Shown piece after piece: positions 30,445 through 38,920 of a DNA stretch of 62,799 bases. Source of the DNA: a virus (taxonomy: Duplodnaviria > Caudoviricetes); the IMG/VR virus record IMGVR_UViG_3300016472_000673, positions 1 to 62,799 of that record; one strand, given 5' to 3'. Both the position numbers and the translations under genes were made by a program. The first letter of the stretch is position 1. Every line of letters begins with the position of its first letter. A model generated the notes under the pieces. It was not told the DNA's origin. It saw only the letters and a program-made list of their open reading frames with translations, and ran no database searches.

Positions 30445-30454
30445 TATAAATATT
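30445..30454 (-). promoter_or_regulatory. Class II element AATATTTATA (candidate late promoter), representative copy
   Basis: On the minus strand just upstream of the endolysin; ATATTTAT also precedes many plus-strand genes. Confidence 0.55.
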
Positions 30455-30497
30455 AGAGTAGGCAAAATAGATTTTATATATTTAATTTATTAATTAA

Positions 30498-30571
30498 GGA
30501 CCCATAGCTCAGTTGGTTAGAGCAAGAAACTCATAATTTCGAGGTCCCAGGTTCAAGCCCTGGTGGGTCCA
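30498..30571 (+). tRNA. tRNA with CAT anticodon (Ile2-like or elongator Met)
   Basis: ggaccca/tgggtcc, loop ctcataa; paired G1-C72 argues against initiator. Confidence 0.9.
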
Positions 30572-30574
30572 CAC

Positions 30575-30646
30575 GGCCGGTTAGTTTAACAGGAAAAATA
30601 CATCACTTGTAATGATGAGTTAACGGTTCGGTTCCGTTACTGGCCT
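30575..30646 (+). tRNA. tRNA-Thr(TGT)
   Basis: catca-cttgtaa-tgatg; acceptor ggccggt/actggcc. Confidence 0.85.
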
Positions 30647-30654
30647 CAAATAAC

Positions 30655-30726
30655 GGTCCTATAGTTAAATGGATATAACAAAGACCTTCTAAGTCTTTTT
30701 TGGAGGTTCGATTCCTCCTAGGACTA
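30655..30726 (+). tRNA. tRNA-Arg(TCT)
   Basis: aagac-cttctaa-gtctt; T arm ggagg-ttcgatt-cctcc. Confidence 0.92.
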
Positions 30727-30742
30727 CTAACATTCATACTTA

Positions 30743-31204
30743 ATGGAAAGAAAATTTAAAACTTTAAATAGCAATCAGCAAATAGACATAACAAATTATA
30801 TTAGTGAATATTTATTGCAGTATCCAAATGTTGAGATATTAGTTGGATGCGATTCACAAAATCAAAATTTAATATCTACAACTTATGCAATTGTAATTGG
30901 ATTATACAAACCTGGTAAAGGTGCTCATGTGTTATACTCTAAATGGAGCACTAATTTTGAAAAAGAAAGTACCGTTCGTCTACTAAATGAAGTTTGGTAT
31001 TCGGTTGAAGTAGCAGAATATATTAAAAATAAGCTTAATATAAAAGCTACTTGGATAGATATTGATTTAAACCCTGATCCAAAATATAAATCAAATCAGG
31101 TACTAGCTAGTGCTGTAGGTATAGTAACAGGAATGGGATATAAAGTAAGGCATAAAGGAAATAATCCAGTTATGGTATATGCTGCGGATCATATTGTAAA
31201 ATAA
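30743..31204 (+). CDS. RNase H-like YkuK (DUF458) family protein
   Basis: VGCDSQ, RLLNEV, IDIDLN, AADH. Confidence 0.8.
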   Translation: MERKFKTLNSNQQIDITNYISEYLLQYPNVEILVGCDSQNQNLISTTYAIVIGLYKPGKGAHVLYSKWSTNFEKESTVRLLNEVWYSVEVAEYIKNKLNIKATWIDIDLNPDPKYKSNQVLASAVGIVTGMGYKVRHKGNNPVMVYAADHIVK

Positions 31205-31251
31205 ATTATGGCAAAATTTTTTATTATATTTATAAAATAAAATTAAATAAT

Positions 31252-31731
31252 ATGAAAAAAATATTTTTAATTTTCACTCTACTATTATCTTTTATTTTCA
31301 ATTCTTATTCAGTTGATCCACAACGTGGAAAAGATTTTGAAGAAATAAGTAAAGAAAATTTATGGAAAGTGATTAATGAAATGGATATTCAACATCCTAA
31401 AATTGTATTTGCTCAAGCATTACTTGAAACAGGAAATTTTACAAGTTATGTTTTTAAAACAAATAACAATTTATTTGGTATGAAAATGCCAGGAAAACGT
31501 CCAACTGTAGCTAAAAAACCAAAGAAAAAAGGAGGGTATGCTAGATATGACAGTTGGATACAATCAGTAGAAGACTATAAGTTATTCCAAGACTATGTCT
31601 TTGAAAGAAGAGGAGAACTTGGAGAAACAAAATATTTTAGTTATCTTGATAGGATGTATTGCGAAAGTACAGGTTATAGTCAAAAACTTAAAAAAATAAT
31701 AGAAAAAAATAAACAAATATTTAACAGTTAA
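31252..31731 (+). CDS. GH73 glucosaminidase-like peptidoglycan hydrolase with signal peptide
   Basis: AQALLETG, NNLFGMK, Y..W..SV.DY; hydrophobic N-terminus. Confidence 0.85.
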   Translation: MKKIFLIFTLLLSFIFNSYSVDPQRGKDFEEISKENLWKVINEMDIQHPKIVFAQALLETGNFTSYVFKTNNNLFGMKMPGKRPTVAKKPKKKGGYARYDSWIQSVEDYKLFQDYVFERRGELGETKYFSYLDRMYCESTGYSQKLKKIIEKNKQIFNS

Positions 31732-31738
31732 TTTAAAC

Positions 31739-31895
31739 TGTCAGATGGTGAAAAGCGTTACGCATGGCAGACACACCCACTCGTCTAGTGGGCGCAGATA
31801 ACGAGATAGATAAGTAATATGGGTTGACCACAAAAGCCGGCTTATTTTGTTACTTATTGAATCGCTGTATAGAGGTTCGAATCCTTTTCTGACAG
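31739..31895 (+). ncRNA. tRNA-like RNA, 157 nt, nominal GTC anticodon, 78-nt variable arm
   Basis: Acceptor tgtcaga/tctgaca, D stem gtg/cac, cccac-tcgtcta-gtggg, T arm agagg-ttcgaat-ccttt. Confidence 0.8.
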
Positions 31896-31921
31896 CAAAT
31901 ATTTATATTAAATAATAATTA

Positions 31922-32239
31922 ATGGCCTGTCACTGTTTATCTTTAAAAGATCAAAAAGAATTCTACAGTTTACTCAAAGCTAGGAATTCAGATTTGATTA
32001 TAAAAATGGTAAGATGTGTTATTAGTGCTACTAAACGTAATAAATCAAGTATTGATATATTTGATATAACATTTAAAAACTTAGATTCATTAATATTTAC
32101 TGTTGAAAAAAGTCAATATAAAGAATTACTTTCTAATTGTTTAGATGATCTTATAGTAGTTGAAGAATATGAGTTATGTGCTGAGATTAAAAAGATATTA
32201 GAAAATAAAAAAGGAAGAAAAAAAAAAGAAGTTCTTTAA
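31922..32239 (+). CDS. Small protein with C-terminal UVR-like motif
   Basis: EEYELCAEIKKIL; similar layout to ORF 27504. Confidence 0.6.
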   Translation: MACHCLSLKDQKEFYSLLKARNSDLIIKMVRCVISATKRNKSSIDIFDITFKNLDSLIFTVEKSQYKELLSNCLDDLIVVEEYELCAEIKKILENKKGRKKKEVL

Positions 32240-32244
32240 AATAT

Positions 32245-32620
32245 GGGGCATACCGGTATTGATTCGGAAATGAAGATAATACTACATGCAGACAAAGTAA
32301 GAATGTCTTTAAATACTTACAAAACAATAAACGCAGAAGAATTATCTTCTTTCACCTTCGATGATGCTATGGCTTTCGTTGGTGCCGATTACGCTGTAGC
32401 AGCCTAATCACTCCCGCACACATCGTGGGATTTAAAAAGAATGTGAAATTAGGCGGTGTTTTTTGGTTCAAGCCTATTTAACAGGAACCGGCCACATTTG
32501 AGAGTAATAGTGGAAAAATAAAAACTCTATATTTACTTATTGTGAATAATAAGATAAGCATGTGAGACGTTAGTATTATTGTTCTTTGCGAAGACCTGGG
32601 TTCGAATCCCAGATGCTCCA
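32245..32620 (+). ncRNA. ssrA: tmRNA
   Basis: ggggcat/atgctcc-a with G3-U70, ggtattga 5' motif, T arm, tag frame 32333-32407 ending YAVAA*. Confidence 0.95.
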
Positions 32621-32666
32621 CTAGATTTTTTATATTTATTAGTGTTCACCGTTAAAACTAATAAGT

Positions 32667-32948
32667 ATGAATCTATTCAAAGATAATAATGATATTAATG
32701 AAAAATCAGTCGCTGGGTTTATTTCACTTGTTGTAATGATTGGGTTTGCTATTGCTGATGTGGTTACTGGGTATATGGGTAAAGATTTAGTTGTGAATGA
32801 ATTTATATTTAATGCTTTTTTAACATTAACATTAGGTTCTTTAGGTATAGCTTCTGTTGACAAATTCATTAATTCTAAAAAACCATCAAATAATAATACT
32901 TCTAATAATAATGAAATAGAAGAAAGAAAAGAAGACGATTTAATATAA
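32667..32948 (+). CDS. Two-TM membrane protein (holin candidate)
   Basis: Two hydrophobic helices and a charged C-terminal tail. Confidence 0.55.
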   Translation: MNLFKDNNDINEKSVAGFISLVVMIGFAIADVVTGYMGKDLVVNEFIFNAFLTLTLGSLGIASVDKFINSKKPSNNNTSNNNEIEERKEDDLI

Positions 32949-32970
32949 CCACCATTAAAATTAAAAATAA

Positions 32971-33159
32971 ATGAACCCTAAAATTTTGAGCTTTGTTGGA
33001 TCTTTACTAGTAATGGCAATTGCTATTGGTATTTTTTTCATGTTAATGGAAAAAGAAATGCCACAATCTAATAGAGAGTTATTAATTGCTTTTGTCTCTG
33101 TTTTGTTTGGTGCTATGGCTACATCAATCAAGAAAATAACAGGAGACGATGAAAAATAA
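32971..33159 (+). CDS. Two-TM membrane protein
   Basis: Two hydrophobic helices. Confidence 0.6.
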   Translation: MNPKILSFVGSLLVMAIAIGIFFMLMEKEMPQSNRELLIAFVSVLFGAMATSIKKITGDDEK

Positions 33160-33418
33160 GGATAATATTATTGTCTTTATAGGTATAATACTATTAGTCA
33201 TTTTTATAGGATTTTTATTTTATAGTTCTTATAATAGAGATAAACTTAAACTTATTAGAGAAGATATAACTAATGATTCTATTATTATGAAAGAAAATAA
33301 AATGATTAAATCACAAGATAGTATTTTACAAATTAATTATTCTATTTTTAAAAAAACTATAAACAATCATGAAAGACGTATTCGTGATTTGGAAAAAAAA
33401 GTAGATTGGGCAAAATAA
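33149..33418 (+). CDS. Membrane-anchored coiled-coil protein
   Basis: N-terminal TM, HERRIRDLEK. Confidence 0.6.
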   Translation: MKNKDNIIVFIGIILLVIFIGFLFYSSYNRDKLKLIREDITNDSIIMKENKMIKSQDSILQINYSIFKKTINNHERRIRDLEKKVDWAK

Positions 33419-33450
33419 AAATTTTATATTTAAAACAAAAAACTAAGTTT

Positions 33451-33606
33451 ATGAAAAAAACAATGTTTGTTATTGCGAGTGCTATGATTATAGCGGCATG
33501 TGGTAGTCAAGAAACTACTACTAAAGTAGAACAAGTTGATTCTTTACTTATTGACTCCACATCTATAGCTCCAGTAAACGATTCAGTAGAACATGTTGTT
33601 CTCTAA
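33451..33606 (+). CDS. Small lipoprotein; start moved to ATG 33451
   Basis: MKKTMFVIASAMIIAAC lipobox; class I element at ~33409; terminator follows. Confidence 0.75.
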   Translation: MKKTMFVIASAMIIAACGSQETTTKVEQVDSLLIDSTSIAPVNDSVEHVVL

Positions 33607-33614
33607 AAAAACCT

Positions 33615-33647
33615 AAGGTCCGGTTGAAAAACCGGACCTTTTTTTTT
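33615..33647 (+). terminator. Intrinsic terminator
   Basis: aaggtccggtt-gaaa-aaccggacctt plus T-tract. Confidence 0.9.
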
Positions 33648-33658
33648 AATTTTAAATT

Positions 33659-33859
33659 ATGATTGAAAATATTATTAAAAAAATTAATAGTAATAATACT
33701 GATAGTATTATGCTTGACAATGAAGAGCTTATAGCTCTTATTTTAAAATCTGTAAATGACATATTTGCCTATAAAAAAGCAGAATCGGCAAAATTATTTC
33801 ATTATATTGATACAGAAGATCAAAATGAAAAAATAGGTGTTCGCATTAAGTTTAATTAA
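33659..33859 (+). CDS. Hypothetical protein
   Basis: 66-aa ORF with A-rich start. Confidence 0.5.
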   Translation: MIENIIKKINSNNTDSIMLDNEELIALILKSVNDIFAYKKAESAKLFHYIDTEDQNEKIGVRIKFN

Positions 33860-33863
33860 TATT

Positions 33864-33986
33864 ATGTTAGGTTTTATTATTTTAATAATCTCATTTATTA
33901 TTACTATTGCTTAGTTATGGGTAGGTGGTATTGAATACATAAAAAAATATCATTCTAATTATAAAAATGAAGATTTTTTAGATTAG
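33864..33986 (+). pseudogene. Small membrane protein gene with in-frame TAG (33912-33914); paralogue of 35867-35983
   Basis: MLGFIILIISFIITIA*LWVGGIEYIKKYHSNYKNEDFLD. Confidence 0.65.
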
Positions 33987-34015
33987 AATAATGATGTAAG
34001 TAAAAAATTAAAGTT

Positions 34016-34297
34016 ATGAACTACAAAAACATGCTCGAGTATCTTCGTGGCAAGAAGATATATGGGAATAAATTGGACGCACCCGAAATAACACGGGTAC
34101 TAAAGATCATCAACAAGAACCACGATGATGAGTACGGAACAATAAACGAACATTACGTTGTCACGTACGAGATCAGAGCTAATATACACAACAACGTTTT
34201 CAAAAGACAAACGTGTCTCGTAAATAAATCATCCTATAAGTCTTGGGAAAAAGAAAAAAAATCCGTAATATTATTAAAACAAAACGAAAATGAATAA
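34016..34297 (+). CDS. Hypothetical protein
   Basis: 93 aa; more C/G-ending codons than the flanks. Confidence 0.6.
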   Translation: MNYKNMLEYLRGKKIYGNKLDAPEITRVLKIINKNHDDEYGTINEHYVVTYEIRANIHNNVFKRQTCLVNKSSYKSWEKEKKSVILLKQNENE

Positions 34298-35444
34298 CGT
34301 AGAACAACAATACTTAGACCTGGTTAAAGACATATTAGAAAACGGTCACACTAAGGGTGATAGGACTGGTACTGGTACTAAATCCGTATTTGGTAGAACC
34401 ATACGCCATTCTATGAAGGATGGATTTCCACTTCTCACTACAAAGAAGATGGCGTGGAAAACGATGGTGACCGAACTCCTATGGTTCTTACGCGGAGACA
34501 CAAACATTAAGTATCTTGTGGATAATGGATGTCATATTTGGGATGGTGATGCATATAAGAATTACTGTAACCAAATTCCTGAGTATAGTAAACAGTTTAC
34601 TATACCTAAGGAAGAGTATCTTAACAAAATCAAAACCGATGATGAGTTTGCAAAGAAGTGGGGAGAACTCGGACCTGTGTATGGAGCTGGTTGGCGTAGG
34701 TGGAAACGTAATGATTCATTTATTGTTGAAGACGATGTTTGGAAAAATAACGAAGGCTGGTGTTCATTAAAAGATTTTAATAAAGATGAATTGTATATTG
34801 ACCAAATCGCAAACGCAATTCACCTACTGAAGACAGACCCCGATAGTAGGAGGATACTTGTGAATGCCTGGAACCCATCGGATTTACCAGAGATGGTTCT
34901 ACCGCCCTGTCACTACTCGTTTCAATTTTATACGAGAGAGTTGACTTGGGAAGAACGAGTTCAATGGGTTATGAAGAACACTGACGTTGAATGGGAAAAT
35001 CTTTACATTGTTGAAGAAATAGCTAAACCAACTACCCCTAAACGAGCAATCTCTTTAATTTGGTCGCAGAGATCAGTGGACGCGGGATTGGGGCTCCCGT
35101 TTAATATCGCATCCTATGCGCTTCTATTAGAAATAATCGCCAAACAAGTTAATATGATTCCCGAAGAAGTGATTGGTAATTTGGGAGATTGTCATATCTA
35201 TCTCAATCACATAGATGGATTGAAAGAGCAGTTGACAAGAACACCGTATGAATTACCTAAATTAAATATTAATACAGAGTTTTGGCCAACAGAAAGTGGT
35301 GAATGTGGTGTAGGATTGATAGATGCTAAAGCTGTTCTTGACTCATTTAGTAATGATAGTTTTTGTAAGTGCTTATTAGAAGAAGATATCCAATTGTACA
35401 ATTATCAGTATCATCCTAGTATTAAACTTCCATTGTCAAATTAA
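34290..35444 (+). CDS. thyA: Thymidylate synthase with insertions
   Basis: DRTGTGT, ELLWFL, LGPVYG, LPPCH, QRSVD, PFNIASY, HIYLNH. Confidence 0.97.
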   Translation: MNNVEQQYLDLVKDILENGHTKGDRTGTGTKSVFGRTIRHSMKDGFPLLTTKKMAWKTMVTELLWFLRGDTNIKYLVDNGCHIWDGDAYKNYCNQIPEYSKQFTIPKEEYLNKIKTDDEFAKKWGELGPVYGAGWRRWKRNDSFIVEDDVWKNNEGWCSLKDFNKDELYIDQIANAIHLLKTDPDSRRILVNAWNPSDLPEMVLPPCHYSFQFYTRELTWEERVQWVMKNTDVEWENLYIVEEIAKPTTPKRAISLIWSQRSVDAGLGLPFNIASYALLLEIIAKQVNMIPEEVIGNLGDCHIYLNHIDGLKEQLTRTPYELPKLNINTEFWPTESGECGVGLIDAKAVLDSFSNDSFCKCLLEEDIQLYNYQYHPSIKLPLSN

Positions 35445-35457
35445 TAAAACAAAAGTT

Positions 35458-35686
35458 ATGAGCAAACCAATTTTTATTGTAAGAGATACCTCAATACAAT
35501 CCAGAAATAGCAGAAGAAATTTCCCATCGACTCAGCAAACAACCCATTGCTGAAGACTACCATATTTTAGTAATGGCAGATGCATTTACAGGCGGACAAA
35601 CAAAGTTCGAATGTTATAACTCTCCTCATATAGAAATGGAATTTGAAGAGTTGTAGCGTCGGGTGTTAGAGTTATTAAAAGATTAA
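35458..35686 (+). pseudogene. Small gene with a frameshift and an internal stop
   Basis: MSKPIFIVR, shift to IPQYNPEIAEE..EDYHILV..FECYN..EEL*RRVLELLKD. Confidence 0.6.
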
Positions 35687-35696
35687 AACAAAAGGT

Positions 35697-35873
35697 ATGG
35701 AATAAACAAAATTTAAGGTAGGAGATAAGGCTTACAAACCAAAAGGATATAGGTTTCCTTGTACAATTGTATCTGTTTTCAAAACAGTAGAAGGTAAGAT
35801 TAGAGTTGTTGCGGAAATGGATGAATATGGATTATTACATATTTTCAATGAAGATCAATTAGAACTATGTTAG
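35697..35873 (+). pseudogene. R67/DfrB-like SH3-fold protein with TAA at codon 3
   Basis: ME*TKFKVGDKAYKPKGYRFPCTIVSVFKTVEGKIRVVAEMDEYGLLHIFNEDQLE aligns by eye with the R67 DHFR pattern. Confidence 0.6.
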
Positions 35874-35983
35874 GAATTATAATATTAGTCACTTCAATGG
35901 GACTATCTCTGATTTGGCTGTGGACTGGAGGTATAAAATATATACACAAATACCATAAAAATTATAAAGAAAATAATTTTTAG
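35867..35983 (+). CDS. Small membrane protein (38 aa)
   Basis: MLGIIILVTSMGLSLIWLWTGGIKYIHKYHKNYKENNF; paralogue at 33864. Confidence 0.55.
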   Translation: MLGIIILVTSMGLSLIWLWTGGIKYIHKYHKNYKENNF

Positions 35984-36021
35984 GCTAAGTAAATTTAATA
36001 TATTTATAAGAAAAATAGTTT

Positions 36022-36786
36022 ATGTACTTAGAATGTATTACAGTTTGTGTTAATTATGGTGATTTCTTAGCCCAAACGTTACCTCAAAATAAACAACATT
36101 TTAACCACATGGTTGTTATTACAACACCAAGTGATAAACTTACTCAAAAGGTATGTGATTATCATAATGTTGAATATCTAGTAACAAATGAATTTACTGC
36201 TGGGGGAGCCCCATTTAATAAAGCTAAAGGTATAAATATTGGATTAGAATACCTATCTCGAAAAGATTGGATATTACATTTAGATGCTGATATGTATCTT
36301 CCGCCTCTTACTAGAGGTATTTTAGACCGTATTTCTTTAGTTAAAGAAAATATCTATGGTATAGATAGAATAATGTGTCCTAGTTTTGAAGAATGGACTA
36401 AATTTTTAAATGAACCCGGTCCTCTTCATACAGGATGGGTTTATATACATCCAACTCGTTTTCCCATGGGTGTTCGCATTGGTGAGTATATGGGTGAAGG
36501 ATATGAGCCAATAGGGTTTTTCCAATTATGGAACCCAAATGTTTCTGGTATAAAACTATATCCTGAAGAACATGGTGCTGCTGATAGAACAGATGTTATT
36601 CATGCTAAAAAATGGCCTAGAGTTAAACGAATATTAATACCTGAAATTATAGGTATTCATTTAGACTCAGAAAATGCTACATTAGAGCAAATGGGAATGA
36701 ATTGGCAAGGTAGAAAATCAAAACCATTTGGTTATACTACTATAGAACAACATAAGAAAAAAGGGTGGAATATTTTTTCCAAATAA
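36022..36786 (+). CDS. Glycosyltransferase GT-A fold
   Basis: CVNYGDFL, FNKAKGIN, HLDAD, GFFQLW. Confidence 0.8.
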   Translation: MYLECITVCVNYGDFLAQTLPQNKQHFNHMVVITTPSDKLTQKVCDYHNVEYLVTNEFTAGGAPFNKAKGINIGLEYLSRKDWILHLDADMYLPPLTRGILDRISLVKENIYGIDRIMCPSFEEWTKFLNEPGPLHTGWVYIHPTRFPMGVRIGEYMGEGYEPIGFFQLWNPNVSGIKLYPEEHGAADRTDVIHAKKWPRVKRILIPEIIGIHLDSENATLEQMGMNWQGRKSKPFGYTTIEQHKKKGWNIFSK

Positions 36787-36812
36787 AATATATTTATATA
36801 AAATAAGTTAAT

Positions 36813-37232
36813 ATGAACAATTATAAAAATAATCAAGAAATACTTTCAGCTTGGAAAAACCAAATTGAAATGAGTCCTTCCTCTATTTTTAGTAGACAAG
36901 ATGTTTTAAATGTGTTAGATAGTGTATTTAAAGCCCTCAATCTTGTTGAAGGAGAAAATACAGATAATAGAGAATCATTTGCTAGTATTACTAATGAAGC
37001 TATGAATAATTTTAAAGCAGAAACATTAAAAGGTTTAGCTGAATTAATAGATGAAGGTAAATATCATGATGAATTAATGGATTTTTCCCAAATTGTATAT
37101 ACTATTGAACCAGGTAGTATTATAGCTGTAAAAGATGGAGTTATAATAGACTTAGAAAAGTTTGATGAATTCTTAGAAACAATTAAAAATCATTGTCTTA
37201 ATCCTACTGTCTCTCTCACTAGTAATGAATAA
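36813..37232 (+). CDS. Hypothetical protein
   Basis: SPSSIFSRQDVL; ATATTTAT upstream. Confidence 0.6.
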   Translation: MNNYKNNQEILSAWKNQIEMSPSSIFSRQDVLNVLDSVFKALNLVEGENTDNRESFASITNEAMNNFKAETLKGLAELIDEGKYHDELMDFSQIVYTIEPGSIIAVKDGVIIDLEKFDEFLETIKNHCLNPTVSLTSNE

Positions 37233-37242
37233 AATATTTTAA

Positions 37243-37965
37243 ATGAAAGTTATTGCTATTAGTGATACTCATGGTAAGCATAATCATGTAAGCTTACCAG
37301 ACGGTGATTTATTAATACACGCTGGTGATTTAACCAATATTGGAAGAGAAATAGAAGTAGAAGAAGTAATTAACTGGTTTTATCAACAAGCAAATCGTTA
37401 TACTTATGGTATAGTGTTTATAGCAGGTAATCATGATCGCTCATTTGATCCTAAATTCAATTTAAATGATGGAAAAATTAAAAAACCAAAATGGTTACTT
37501 AATATTTTATCTAATATTAAATCTACTAACCATATACACTATTTGGAGAACAACTCTGTTGAAATAAACGGAATTAAAATATGGGGATCACCTATTACAC
37601 CTTGGTTTGGAGGTGACTATTGGGCATTTAACGCTCATAGAGGTCCTGATATAATGAAATATTGGGAACAAATTCCATCTGATGCTAACATAATAGTTAC
37701 TCATGGTCCTGTAATGTATAAGTTAGATTATACAATATATGATAAAAAATATGTTGGTTGCGAACAATTAAGATATCAAATAGAAACAATAAAACCATTA
37801 CTTCATATTTCAGGTCATATTCATGAAGGGTATGGGTATGAATACAATGCTGATACTCATTATTTTAATGCTTCAATTTGCAATATCAATTATAATCCAA
37901 TAAATGAACCTTGGAGTATAGATGTTGATTTTGAAAATAGAAATATTAATGGTGAGTTTTTTTAA
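37243..37965 (+). CDS. Calcineurin-like metallophosphoesterase
   Basis: SDTH, HAGD, GNHD, THGP, GHIHE. Confidence 0.93.
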   Translation: MKVIAISDTHGKHNHVSLPDGDLLIHAGDLTNIGREIEVEEVINWFYQQANRYTYGIVFIAGNHDRSFDPKFNLNDGKIKKPKWLLNILSNIKSTNHIHYLENNSVEINGIKIWGSPITPWFGGDYWAFNAHRGPDIMKYWEQIPSDANIIVTHGPVMYKLDYTIYDKKYVGCEQLRYQIETIKPLLHISGHIHEGYGYEYNADTHYFNASICNINYNPINEPWSIDVDFENRNINGEFF

Positions 37966-38335
37966 AAATATTATTATTTGTTTTTTTCCTAATGAATATA
38001 CTGAATTTATTTATTTGGGAACTATTGATTATTTGTTTGAAAAAAATACAAAAGAATATAATATAATAAGAGATTTTATTTTAGTTGTTGATGGTGTTGC
38101 TAGACCAAAATGGTGTCCTAAATGGTTTTTACGTTTATTAGAATTATATAAAGACAATAATTCAATAGTAAATAAATTACATAGCAAAATAACCAAAAAT
38201 ATTCGTATTACAAATATGTCAACTACATATCATAGCCACAACATTATTATACAGGGGTATTTTAATCCTGAAATTATGTATAGTATAGAAAGATTAAAAG
38301 AAAAATTATTATATGAAACCGATACACAAATTTAA
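37949..38335 (+). CDS. Hypothetical protein; start probably near ATG 37949
   Basis: RPKWCPKWFLRLL. Confidence 0.55.
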   Translation: MVSFFKNIIICFFPNEYTEFIYLGTIDYLFEKNTKEYNIIRDFILVVDGVARPKWCPKWFLRLLELYKDNNSIVNKLHSKITKNIRITNMSTTYHSHNIIIQGYFNPEIMYSIERLKEKLLYETDTQI

Positions 38336-38708
38336 TGGTGGTTCTGGAGCTACATTATGTCATAAGTGTTATAAAATAATTAGTAATGGTTTTACTGATG
38401 ATTTATATTGTAAAGAACATAATGATGAAGAATCTATTTACAAATATAAATTAGTTAGAGAACATGATGGATTAGTTAAAGCAGGCAATGTGGCTTATTG
38501 GATAGAATGGGATGAAAACAATAGAGGTAAAAAACCACATCAAGAACCAGCAATAGGATATAGTTTTGTACTTGACCTTATGTATGGTGACTATACTTGG
38601 TTAACAACAGAAATAGAAGAAATTTTGGATAGGCAAGATAATTATTTTAAATTTAAAACAAAAAATAGTATTTACGAATTATTTATAAATGAGACAGAAA
38701 ATAAGTAA
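38313..38708 (+). CDS. Hypothetical protein with N-terminal zinc motif
   Basis: HKFNGG..LCHKC..C..H; FKTKNSIYEL. Confidence 0.65.
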   Translation: MKPIHKFNGGSGATLCHKCYKIISNGFTDDLYCKEHNDEESIYKYKLVREHDGLVKAGNVAYWIEWDENNRGKKPHQEPAIGYSFVLDLMYGDYTWLTTEIEEILDRQDNYFKFKTKNSIYELFINETENK

Positions 38709-38895
38709 AGAAAAACGTCGTTGGTTTATAGTTATGAATTCTAAATGTCAGTTTTTTTGTGGGTTACAATATGGTGGAGAATTAGTTTGGACAGATGATT
38801 CTAGTAGAGCTAAACCACTTGATGATGAAAGAAAATTTGAAACATTACAAGTATTATGTCGTGGTGAAGAATTGATAATGGACTACATTAATTAA
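38689..38895 (+). CDS. Hypothetical protein
   Basis: Overlap-coupled ORF. Confidence 0.55.
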   Translation: MRQKISKEKRRWFIVMNSKCQFFCGLQYGGELVWTDDSSRAKPLDDERKFETLQVLCRGEELIMDYIN

Positions 38896-38920
38896 TAATA
38901 TTTATTGGTAAATAACAAAT

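Noticed and set aside
31781-31787. CTA in the anticodon loop of the tRNA-like RNA as an amber suppressor
   Set aside because: CTA occupies positions 36-38, not 34-36
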